NCBI GenBank assembly: GCA_964519515.1
Contig: CAZFIJ010000042.1
Span: 33 to 64,032 of the forward strand
DNA from: an uncultured Nitrososphaerota archaeon
Lineage (GTDB): Archaea; Korarchaeota; Korarchaeia; Korarchaeales; Korarchaeaceae
Length of the DNA stretch: 64,000 nucleotides
Direction of reading: 5' to 3'
Shown here: positions 1 to 8,155 of the stretch, one piece after another
How the letters are laid out: each line of letters opens with the position of its first letter
Position numbering within the stretch: position 1 is the stretch's first letter
Made by a program: the position numbers and the translations under genes
The notes under the pieces: generated by a model
What the model was told of the DNA's origin: nothing
Seen by the model: only the letters and a program-made list of their open reading frames with translations
The model's database searches: none

Positions 1-70
1 TATTCGCTCCTGCAGGAATTCATAAGTAGGTGATCTAGTGATCCTGAGTCATGAATGATAGAATCCGTTA

Positions 71-80
71 ATATTTAAAT
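71..80 (+). promoter_or_regulatory. putative TATA box (ATATTTAAAT) for the 100..756 gene
   Basis: The A/T element is centred about 25 nt upstream of the ATG at 100, the spacing expected for an archaeal TATA box driving a leaderless mRNA. The same ATTTAAA core recurs upstream of other genes in this window. Confidence 0.4.
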
Positions 81-99
81 CCAGAGTTCCATAGAGCTT

Positions 100-756
100 A
101 TGCGTATACTCAAATGTGAGAGGTGCGGGAGGATCATTGAGGAACATGTAGAGGGAAGGGGCCCTATCTTATGTTGTAATGACGAAATGAGAGTTCTAGT
201 CCCTAATGAATCCCCTGAGCTCCTGGAGGAGCATAGACCGAGGATCTACCACGAAGATGGGATCCTAGTGGAAATAGGATCGATACCCCATGAGATGAAT
301 GAGTCAAGTAGGATAATATGGGTCGAAATCATGAAGGGAGATGGCTCCAGGATCAGGAGATATCTAGAGGAAGGGAAGAGTCCTGAAGCCTCTTTCGGGG
401 AGATAGATGGAGATATTGAGATTAGGATCCTCTGCAGTAAACATGGCCTCTGGATCTTCGAGCATAAAACCGCGAAGCTTGACACAATGGAAGCAGTGAG
501 GAAAGCTGTTGAGAGATTCAACGAATTGAGGGGAAGGGAGTCCTCGGCTAGGATATTGGAGATATCGGGCGAGTCAATCATTGTGGAATTTACCGGCAAT
601 TTCTGCAGGACCTGTGGATTTTACGACTATTTTGAGGATCTCAGACTCCTCATGGAGGATTATAATGTAAGAACTTCGATAAGAGCCATTGAGGAATTTG
701 AGGATGGTTCTATAGTCACTTATTCGATAGAGAGGGATGGGGATGGGGGTGGATGA
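100..756 (+). CDS. desulfoferrodoxin/superoxide-reductase-like protein fused to a NifU-like C-terminal CxxC domain
   Basis: 218-aa ORF. The N-terminus MRILKCERCG...ILCCNDEM matches the CxxC...CC desulforedoxin-like domain. The central part carries SOR-like EEHRP, IPHEM and LCSKHGLW motifs. The C-terminal ~90 aa contain FTGNFCRTCG, as in NifU-type domains. Confidence 0.6.
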   Translation: MRILKCERCGRIIEEHVEGRGPILCCNDEMRVLVPNESPELLEEHRPRIYHEDGILVEIGSIPHEMNESSRIIWVEIMKGDGSRIRRYLEEGKSPEASFGEIDGDIEIRILCSKHGLWIFEHKTAKLDTMEAVRKAVERFNELRGRESSARILEISGESIIVEFTGNFCRTCGFYDYFEDLRLLMEDYNVRTSIRAIEEFEDGSIVTYSIERDGDGGG

Positions 757-1372
757 TTTAGTGAATGACTTGATAAGATTGAAAGGTAGCAAGGTGAGGG
801 AGATCATAGAGAGAAGAATGAGGGAATTTGAACGTGAGAGAAGCGATGAAGAACTCTTTAAAGAGTTGGTCTTCTGTATACTAACGGCCAACTTCAGCGC
901 AGAAGGCGGCCTGAGGATCCTAGAATCTTTAGGCGATAGTATCTTCACACTAAGTGAGGAGGAACTAGCCGCTAAGTTAGCTGAGCTAGGTCATAGATAC
1001 CCTAAGAAGAGAGCGGAATTCATAGTTGAGGCTAGAAAGCTCATCTCAATGCTGAGGGATATCATATCCAGCTTCAGGGACGAGAGGCTCTTGAGGGAAT
1101 GGTTAGTGAAGAATGTGAAGGGATTGGGCTATAAGGAGGCGAGCCATTTTCTGAGGAACATCGGGTTCAAGAATGTCTCGATAATAGACTTCCATATCCT
1201 TGACCTTTTGACGAGATATGGTATACTTGAGGAAAAGCCTAAAAGCCTGAGTAGAGCTAGATATCTGATGATAGAGTCTATTCTAGAGGACATCTCGAGG
1301 AGGACGGATATGAACCTGGGGGAGCTCGATCTCTATCTATGGTATATTGAGACGGGAAAAGTTCTTAAGTAG
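737..1372 (+). CDS. ogg: archaeal Ogg2-type 8-oxoguanine DNA glycosylase/AP lyase
   Basis: 211-aa ORF with ELVFCILTANFSAEGG and the helix-hairpin-helix block KGLGYKEASHFLRNIGFKNVSIIDFHIL. The start (ATG 737 or 743) overlaps the upstream stop. Confidence 0.8.
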   Translation: MGMGVDDLVNDLIRLKGSKVREIIERRMREFERERSDEELFKELVFCILTANFSAEGGLRILESLGDSIFTLSEEELAAKLAELGHRYPKKRAEFIVEARKLISMLRDIISSFRDERLLREWLVKNVKGLGYKEASHFLRNIGFKNVSIIDFHILDLLTRYGILEEKPKSLSRARYLMIESILEDISRRTDMNLGELDLYLWYIETGKVLK

Positions 1373-1392
1373 ATGTAGGAGAGGCAGCTAAT

Positions 1393-1869
1393 ATGAAGGG
1401 GAAGAGTGTTGCTATAAGAGTAGCATTAACTTCAATCTTCGCTGCTCTATATACATCTTTAACTGTTGTTTTAGCCCCGCTCTCATTTTACGAGGTACAA
1501 GTGAGGATCTCAGATTCCCTATTAGCTCTCTCCATACTTTTCGGCCCACCTGTCATAATAGGAACATCCCTAGGATGCTTCATCGCAAATCTCATCGGCC
1601 CATTTGGCATAATCGACGCTTTAGGAGGGTCTATTGCAAATTTAGTCGCGACTTACATCGGATGGAAGTTGAGGAAAAGGAGAGCATTTGCGTTAGTCCA
1701 GATGCCGATCACAGTCTCCTTAATAGTATCAGCTTATCTGCACATTCTGTTAAATCTTCCCCTACTAGTAGTCTTCCTCTACTTGCTTGCGGGATCCATC
1801 GTATCGATAGATATCATAGGCCTGCTCCTCCTCAGGGTGGTCGAGGCCCGTTACAACAAATACATATAA
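1393..1869 (+). CDS. queT: QueT-family membrane protein (queuosine/archaeosine precursor transporter family)
   Basis: 158-aa polytopic membrane ORF. IFAALYTSLTVVLAPLSFYEVQVRISDSLLAL resembles the QueT signature. Confidence 0.6.
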   Translation: MKGKSVAIRVALTSIFAALYTSLTVVLAPLSFYEVQVRISDSLLALSILFGPPVIIGTSLGCFIANLIGPFGIIDALGGSIANLVATYIGWKLRKRRAFALVQMPITVSLIVSAYLHILLNLPLLVVFLYLLAGSIVSIDIIGLLLLRVVEARYNKYI

Positions 1870-2076
1870 TTTCAAACACCAAAAAATCCATCTTTAATAT
1901 AAATAAAAATTCATCGATCTATTTCATAATTTTTTATACTTTCTATCGCCTATTACGAGCAAATTTTTAGTTCCATAACTGTGTAACAAATATTTTTAGG
2001 TTATACACCCCCAGCCAATTCGATCTTCAACGATTCCTGCTATAGCTCCGGTCTCAAGGAATGAAGGGGAGGCCCT

Positions 2077-3162
2077 ATGAGGTCGAATAGGAAGGTAGGG
2101 ATCATCGGATGGGGTGTCTACGTACCGAAGTGGAGGATAAGATCGGAGGAGCTCGCTAGAGGATGGGGAAGGGAATGGAAGCGATACGCAGCAGGTATAA
2201 TGGTTGAGGAGAAGAGCGTACCCGGATTGGATGAGGATACTCTCACTATAGCATACGAAGCGTCCTTGAATGCCCTGAGGAGGGCTAGGATAGATCCATC
2301 GAAGCTCAGGGCTGTATACGTTGGCACAGAGTCAAAGCCTTACGCTGTTAAAACTACAGCGACGATACTCGCAGAGGCTTTAGGCGCCGGAGGACCGAAA
2401 AGACTTACTACAGGCGCTGATTATGAGTTCGCATGTAAGGCAGGGACGGAAGCTATTCAATCGGTGATAGGGCTTGTAGGATCTGGGATGATAGATTATG
2501 GGCTAGCAGTAGGGGCTGATACCGCACAAGGGGCCCCTGGAGATGCCTTAGAATATACTGCATCAGCTGGAGGTGCAGCATACGTTTTGGGACCTGCTGA
2601 TGATTCTATAGCTATTATAGAAGCGTCCATATCTCATGTGACCGATACGCCGGATTTCTGGAGGAGGCAACATGAGCATTATCCAGCTCACACGAGAGCT
2701 TTCACAGGAGAGCCGGCTTACTTCAAGCACATAATATCAGCCGCGAGAGAGTTGATGAGCTTAATGGGGACTGGACCCAATGATTATGATTATGCTATAT
2801 TCCACCAACCCAATGGTAAGTTTCCACTGAGAGTAGGGGCTAGGTTGGGTTTCACACCTGACAAGATAAAACCTGGGCTCATAACTCCCTATATAGGCAA
2901 TACTTACTCTGGCTCAGCTCTGGTCGGTCTCGCTGCAGTTCTAGATCAAGCGAAGCCCGGGCAGAAGATACTCCTGGTCTCCTTCGGATCTGGTGCTGGC
3001 AGCGACGCCTTCCACATAGAGGTTCGCGATGGGATCGAGGCTGTCCAAGATCTCGCGCCTAAGACGATGGACTATGTCTCGAGGAAGGAATACATAGACT
3101 ACGCTATTTACGCTAGGTTCAGGAGGATGATAAAGATGTTACACGATTTCAGCGGGTACTGA
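2077..3162 (+). CDS. hydroxymethylglutaryl-CoA synthase
   Basis: 361 aa. Catalytic motifs GTESKPY (Glu), EFACKAGT (Cys), FHQPNGKFP (His) and GNTYSGS are present. It is the first gene of a three-gene abutting operon, downstream of a 200-nt AT-rich promoter region. Confidence 0.9.
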   Translation: MRSNRKVGIIGWGVYVPKWRIRSEELARGWGREWKRYAAGIMVEEKSVPGLDEDTLTIAYEASLNALRRARIDPSKLRAVYVGTESKPYAVKTTATILAEALGAGGPKRLTTGADYEFACKAGTEAIQSVIGLVGSGMIDYGLAVGADTAQGAPGDALEYTASAGGAAYVLGPADDSIAIIEASISHVTDTPDFWRRQHEHYPAHTRAFTGEPAYFKHIISAARELMSLMGTGPNDYDYAIFHQPNGKFPLRVGARLGFTPDKIKPGLITPYIGNTYSGSALVGLAAVLDQAKPGQKILLVSFGSGAGSDAFHIEVRDGIEAVQDLAPKTMDYVSRKEYIDYAIYARFRRMIKMLHDFSGY

Positions 3163-3163
3163 G

Positions 3164-4309
3164 GTGATGATCATGACATACATCATAGGTGCGGGTATTT
3201 TAAAGGTTGGAGATCATTGGGAGAAGTCATTGAGGAATTTAGCTGCTGAAGCATCAATATTGGCTATAGAAGACGCGGGAGGAGTTCCAGTAGATTATGT
3301 CGTGATAGCTAATTCCCTCTCAGGAGTGGTGAATGCTCAGGAGAACCTCGGATCTTATGTAGTATCACGGTTGAACCTTAAGGGAGTGCCCGCACTGAAA
3401 GTTGAGGCCGCTAATGCCTCTGGGGCTGCTGCCGCTATTGTAGCAAATTCATTGATAAAAAGCGGGGAAGCTCAGAGAGTTCTAGTCATTGGAGTTGAGA
3501 AGATGACGGATTATACATCTCTAGAGGATTCTAATGCCGCTCTATCGACGCTCATAGATTCTGAGTATGAGGCATTCCACGGGGCTACCCTTGACTCCCT
3601 ACATGCTCTACTAATGAGGGAATATTTAAGAAAATATCAGATAAATAGAGAAGATTTCTCCTATTTCCCGATCTTAATGCATGAAAATGCTACAGATACT
3701 CCGCATGCTCAATATAGATTCAAGATAGATCTCGACGCTTACATATCTTCCCCTCTAATAGCCGAACCGATAAGCATGATGGACGTTCCCAGCCCCTCTG
3801 ATGGCGCTGCTGCAATATTGCTTTCAGCGAAGAGTGAAGGCCCAAATGGAAGCGTTAAGATATCCTCATTCGGCCAGGCTACTGATAGAATATCTCTATA
3901 TGATAGGGAATCTGTCTTAGAGATGCCATCAATTAGGATGGCATTCAATAGAGCTGTCTCGAAGTTGAATAACTTCAAGCCCGATTTCTATATCATAGGG
4001 GAGTACTCGAGTGTGATGGGCTATATAGCTACGGAGGAGTTGGGTCTAGCTGAGAGGGGAAAGGCTTACAGGCTTTTCATGGATGGAGAGGCCAGAAGGA
4101 GCGGATCCGTCCCCATAAACCCAGAAGGTGGTTCTAAGGCGAGAGGAGATCCTATAGGAGCGACTGGGGTCTATCAGTTAGCTGAAGCTTACCTCCAGCT
4201 CACAGGAAGGGCTCAGGGATGGCAGGTCGATGGCGCTAGAAGGGCCCTCGTCCTCAGCATCGGTGGAGTGGGATGCAATTCCGTGGTCCATTTAGTTGAG
4301 GGGGTGTGA
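3164..4309 (+). CDS. thiolase-fold protein (acetyl-CoA acetyltransferase-like; catalytic fingerprint residues not conserved)
   Basis: 381 aa, colinear with archaeal/SCP2-type thiolases (WEKSLRNL, VIGVEKMTDY, DGAAAILL, GDPIGATGV). It reads EAANASG where the nucleophile Cys is expected, and GDP where GHP is expected. Confidence 0.8.
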   Translation: MMIMTYIIGAGILKVGDHWEKSLRNLAAEASILAIEDAGGVPVDYVVIANSLSGVVNAQENLGSYVVSRLNLKGVPALKVEAANASGAAAAIVANSLIKSGEAQRVLVIGVEKMTDYTSLEDSNAALSTLIDSEYEAFHGATLDSLHALLMREYLRKYQINREDFSYFPILMHENATDTPHAQYRFKIDLDAYISSPLIAEPISMMDVPSPSDGAAAILLSAKSEGPNGSVKISSFGQATDRISLYDRESVLEMPSIRMAFNRAVSKLNNFKPDFYIIGEYSSVMGYIATEELGLAERGKAYRLFMDGEARRSGSVPINPEGGSKARGDPIGATGVYQLAEAYLQLTGRAQGWQVDGARRALVLSIGGVGCNSVVHLVEGV

Positions 4310-4728
4310 GTATGTGGGCTTACTGGTTGAGTGTCCCCGCTCATTGGAGGGAATTGCCAGCTAGGTATAGGCTGGAAGGGGGCTTGTGTAGTAACTGCGG
4401 TCACACGATGTTTCCTAAGGGAGAAGTATGTCCTATCTGCGGATCTAAGGACATAGTTACCAAGCAACTCCCGAGGAGGGGAAAGGTGATCAGCTACTCT
4501 GTTATATGGAATGCTCCCAGAGGATATGAGTACTATACACCCTACATCGTGGCTCTAATTGAGCTGGAGGATGGAACTAAGTTGATGAGCCAGTTAACGG
4601 ACATCGAACCCTCCCAAGTGACTGAGGGTATGGAGGTCGAGATGGTACTCAGGAAAGTGAGGGTCAGCGGCGAGTCCGGGATAATTGCATATGCCTATAA
4701 ATTCAGGCCCCTACTGAAGAAGAAATGA
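4306..4728 (+). CDS. DUF35 zinc-ribbon/OB-fold protein (thiolase-HMGCS scaffold family)
   Basis: 140 aa. A four-Cys ribbon CSNCGHTMFPKGEVCPICGS is followed by an OB-fold-like region. The start overlaps the stop of the preceding gene. Confidence 0.85.
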   Translation: MSMWAYWLSVPAHWRELPARYRLEGGLCSNCGHTMFPKGEVCPICGSKDIVTKQLPRRGKVISYSVIWNAPRGYEYYTPYIVALIELEDGTKLMSQLTDIEPSQVTEGMEVEMVLRKVRVSGESGIIAYAYKFRPLLKKK

Positions 4729-4929
4729 TAAAACGCTATAGCCCAGCGTTAACTTCCGTCCCTCCCTCTATTTTTCATAAGAGCTCTGGGATCTGATGGA
4801 ATCGAGTTTATGCAGGCTTCATCTGTCAAACGGGTTGAGCCGATCCAGAGCTATCAGCGTTGAACTTCATAGCAGGTGAGGGCTGTTTCCAACACTACCG
4901 TTTTTTAACTCCTATCGTAACACATCGAG

Positions 4930-6255
4930 ATGCTCCATTACAGGGGTAAAGCTAGAGAGATCCTCTCAAGTCTTGGGCTCGAGGATTTCGATAGGATAAG
5001 GGTTAAGAGAGGAGGCGATGTTTACGAGGGGATACTCATCCCAAGGCCCGAGATACTCGACGATGAGCACGTAATAATTAAGCTAGATAGTGGATACAAT
5101 ATAGGCATCAGTTTAGAAGGAGCTGAGATAGAACTAATTTCCAAGGGATCGAGGAAGAGGGAGAAGAGACTCCCAGAGTTGGGTTATAGAGAAGATCTTC
5201 CCGGGGTTTCGGTGGTCGTTACGGGAGGAACTATAGCCTCTAGGGTCGATTACTCGACAGGAGGTGTCATAGCTCACGAGAGGCCTGAAGAACTCCTCGA
5301 TCTTATTCCAGAGCTCGCTGATATAGCTAATTTGAAGTACGTTCAACTCTTCGCGGAGTTCAGTGAGAACTTGACCCCTAAGCATTGGAGAGAGATCGCT
5401 AAGACAGTAGAATCCGAGCTAAGGGGGGGAGCTGAGGGAGTAATCGTAGCTCATGGCACAGATACGATGCATTTCACTGCCTCCGCTTTAGCATTCATGT
5501 TGAGGGATTTAGATAAACCCGTGGTCTTCGTGGGATCACAGAGATCTGTGGATAGACCATCGACAGACGCTGTGCTTAATATGATAGCAGCGACGAGGCT
5601 AGCCGCTCAAGGACCTATAGCTGAGTCCGTCATAGTGATGCATTCCAGTCCCTCGGACGATCATGCTTATGCCTTGAGGGGGGTGAGAGCTAGGAAGATG
5701 CATACATCTAGGAGAGATGCCTTCCTCCCAGTGAACGATCTCCCGTTAGCTAGGATAAGTAGGGAGCGTATTGAATTGATCTCACAGAACTTCAGGAGAA
5801 GGAGGGAAGGGACTAGCGGAGTATATCTCGACGATAGAATCGATGAGAGGGTCGCTTTAATTCAAGTATGGCCTGGAATTCCACAAGGTTTCCTGAGCTC
5901 CTTGGAGGGGATCTTCAGAGGTATAGTGATCGCTGGAACTGGGCTCGGCCATGTCCCAAAGCAGATCATACCTGAGATCAGAGATCTAATAAGGAGAGGG
6001 ATCCCTGTCGTCATCTCCTCCCAGTGTCTGTATGGAAGGGTAGATTTGAAGGTTTATGAGACCGGAAGGAGACTTCTTGAGGCAGGAGTCATACCCGCGA
6101 TGGATATGCTGCCAGAAGTAGCATTAGTGAAGCTCATGTTCGTCTTAGGGCACACTGATGATCTAGATGAGGTGAGAGATCTCATGTTAACGAATCTCGC
6201 TGGGGAATTGGGAGCACATCTAGGGCTCAACATATTCCCTCCTTGCTGGAGGTGA
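4930..6255 (+). CDS. gatD: Glu-tRNA(Gln) amidotransferase subunit D
   Basis: 441 aa with asparaginase-type motifs VVVTGGTIASRVDY and AHGTDTM, directly followed by gatE. Confidence 0.95.
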   Translation: MLHYRGKAREILSSLGLEDFDRIRVKRGGDVYEGILIPRPEILDDEHVIIKLDSGYNIGISLEGAEIELISKGSRKREKRLPELGYREDLPGVSVVVTGGTIASRVDYSTGGVIAHERPEELLDLIPELADIANLKYVQLFAEFSENLTPKHWREIAKTVESELRGGAEGVIVAHGTDTMHFTASALAFMLRDLDKPVVFVGSQRSVDRPSTDAVLNMIAATRLAAQGPIAESVIVMHSSPSDDHAYALRGVRARKMHTSRRDAFLPVNDLPLARISRERIELISQNFRRRREGTSGVYLDDRIDERVALIQVWPGIPQGFLSSLEGIFRGIVIAGTGLGHVPKQIIPEIRDLIRRGIPVVISSQCLYGRVDLKVYETGRRLLEAGVIPAMDMLPEVALVKLMFVLGHTDDLDEVRDLMLTNLAGELGAHLGLNIFPPCWR

Positions 6256-6259
6256 TCTC

Positions 6260-8155
6260 TTGGAGGACGCCTTCTACAGGGATGTCGGATTGAAGGTGGG
6301 ACTAGAGATACATCAGAGGCTCGATTCTCATAAATTATTCTGCAACTGCCCTTCGACCCTGAGAGAAGAAGAGCCTCATTCCTGGGTAAGTAGGAACCTT
6401 AGTGTTTCTTATAGTGAGCTCGGGATGATAGATCCGGCGGCTAGATTCGAATCCTTAAGGAAGAGGAATTTCCTCTATGGGATATACTTCGATACGACAT
6501 GCGAGGTGGAGATAGATGAGGCCCCACCTCACCCCTTGAATGAGGATGCTCTCGAAATATCCATTCAAGTGGCCTTGATGCTGGGGATGAAACCCGTCGA
6601 TGAGATACATGTGATGAGGAAGATAGTAGTCGATGGTAGCAATACTACTGGTTTTCAGAGGACTGCTCTAGTTGCTTTAGGACATGAGAAAAGCTACATA
6701 GAGACTTCAAAGGGAAAAGTAAGATTAGAAACACTCTGTCTCGAGGAAGAATCCGCATATATCATTGAGAGCACACCAGAATTCGCTAAGTACAGACTAG
6801 ATAGGTTAGGAATACCCCTAGTTGAGATCTCCACTGCTCCAGATATATGGCACCCAGAGCAAGCGATGGAGGCTGCTTTGAAGATAGGGAGGATCCTCAG
6901 GGCAACTGGGAGAGTTCAGAGAGGTATCGGGACGATTAGACAGGACATAAACGTCTCTATAGAGGGAGGAGCCAGGCAAGAGATAAAGGGGATACAGGAG
7001 CTCGAGCTCATACCTGAGGTGATCAGAAGAGAGATCTTAAGGCAGCAGAACCTCTTGAAGATCCAGGAGGAATTGAGAAAACGCGGGATCAGCGAGGAAG
7101 ATATAGATGATCCGATATATGATATAACGGATGCCCTCTCTCAGACAGGATCTCAGCTGATCAAGAGATCCCTTTCCAAGGGAGAGAGGATCTTCGGGAT
7201 GAGAGTTAAAGGCTTCAGGGGATTGATTGGCAGGGAGATACAACCAGAGAGACGTTTTGGGACGGAGTTAGCTGATTACGCTAGAGTATTCGGTGGTGTC
7301 AAAGGTATACTGCACGGCGATGAATTACCAGGTTACGGTATAGGGGATGAGGAAGTAAGGAAGATCAGGGATATGCTCTCATGCGATGATGATGACTCCT
7401 TCATATTAGTTATAGGGGAGAAGTCATCCTCTACAATAGCTTTAGAGTCCGTCAGATCGAGGATCAGGTTCTCCATTAAGGGAATACCTAACGAGACTAG
7501 GAAGGCTTTGCCAGATGGGAACACCTCCTTCATGAGACCAATGCCCGGAGCAGCTAGGATGTATCCTGAGACAGACATACTTCCAGTTAAAACAGCTACG
7601 ATAATCAGTAAGATAAGAGAACTCCCAAAGATGCCTGAGGAGACTGTAAACGAGCTTATTAGGGAATATGGGATTAACAGCGAGCTTGCTTGGGATTTAT
7701 ATGATGAAGGCAAGATACCGCTCTTCAAGAAGCTCGTTAGCTACGGGGCCCCGGCGAGCTTCACAGCAGCCACACTGACATCGACGATGAGGATGCTCAG
7801 AAGGGAGGGGGAGAATATCGAGAGGATCGCTGAGGATCATCTAATCGAATTATTCAAATTTCTGGGAGAGGGGAGGCTTGCGAAGGAGGCTGTCCCCGAT
7901 ATACTGAGGGGAGTTGCGAGGGGCGATTACTCAAGTGTCCATGACTACTTGGAAGCATATTCGATGAATTTAGATGAGTTGGATTCTTTAATAGATTCAA
8001 TACTGGAGAGATTCAGGGATAAAGTATTGGAGAGGGGTGATAGGGCCTTCGGGATGCTCATGGGGGAGGTCATGAAGATCGCGAGGGGGAGGATAGATGG
8101 TGCTATTGTGAGCGAGAGGCTGAGAATTAAGCTAAAAGAATTTCTCAAGACTTGA
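6260..8155 (+). CDS. gatE: Glu-tRNA(Gln) amidotransferase subunit E
   Basis: 631 aa with a GatB/GatE-type N-terminus VGLEIHQRLDS..KLFCNC and a long C-terminal helical tail. A TTG start lies 4 nt after the gatD stop. Confidence 0.95.
   Translation: MEDAFYRDVGLKVGLEIHQRLDSHKLFCNCPSTLREEEPHSWVSRNLSVSYSELGMIDPAARFESLRKRNFLYGIYFDTTCEVEIDEAPPHPLNEDALEISIQVALMLGMKPVDEIHVMRKIVVDGSNTTGFQRTALVALGHEKSYIETSKGKVRLETLCLEEESAYIIESTPEFAKYRLDRLGIPLVEISTAPDIWHPEQAMEAALKIGRILRATGRVQRGIGTIRQDINVSIEGGARQEIKGIQELELIPEVIRREILRQQNLLKIQEELRKRGISEEDIDDPIYDITDALSQTGSQLIKRSLSKGERIFGMRVKGFRGLIGREIQPERRFGTELADYARVFGGVKGILHGDELPGYGIGDEEVRKIRDMLSCDDDDSFILVIGEKSSSTIALESVRSRIRFSIKGIPNETRKALPDGNTSFMRPMPGAARMYPETDILPVKTATIISKIRELPKMPEETVNELIREYGINSELAWDLYDEGKIPLFKKLVSYGAPASFTAATLTSTMRMLRREGENIERIAEDHLIELFKFLGEGRLAKEAVPDILRGVARGDYSSVHDYLEAYSMNLDELDSLIDSILERFRDKVLERGDRAFGMLMGEVMKIARGRIDGAIVSERLRIKLKEFLKT

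Noticed and set aside
1-60. Possible start of a minus-strand gene (ATG at 33..31) running off the left edge.
   Set aside because: Only about 10 codons are visible, which is too little sequence to support any call.
1575-1970. 131-aa ORF overlapping the queT-like gene in another frame.
   Set aside because: The frame with membrane-helix periodicity and the QueT-like motif (1393..1869) explains the region. The alternative frame is Arg/Ser/His-rich with no features.
4782-4852. Reading the inverted repeat as a C/D box sRNA. The same idea applies to the UGAUGA at 18779..18784 and the one near 58636.
   Set aside because: The C-like and D-like boxes are imperfect (UGAUGG/UUGA). The bulge geometry for a kink-turn does not fit. 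No D'/C' boxes are present. In the other two cases no CUGA lies at a suitable distance with terminal pairing.
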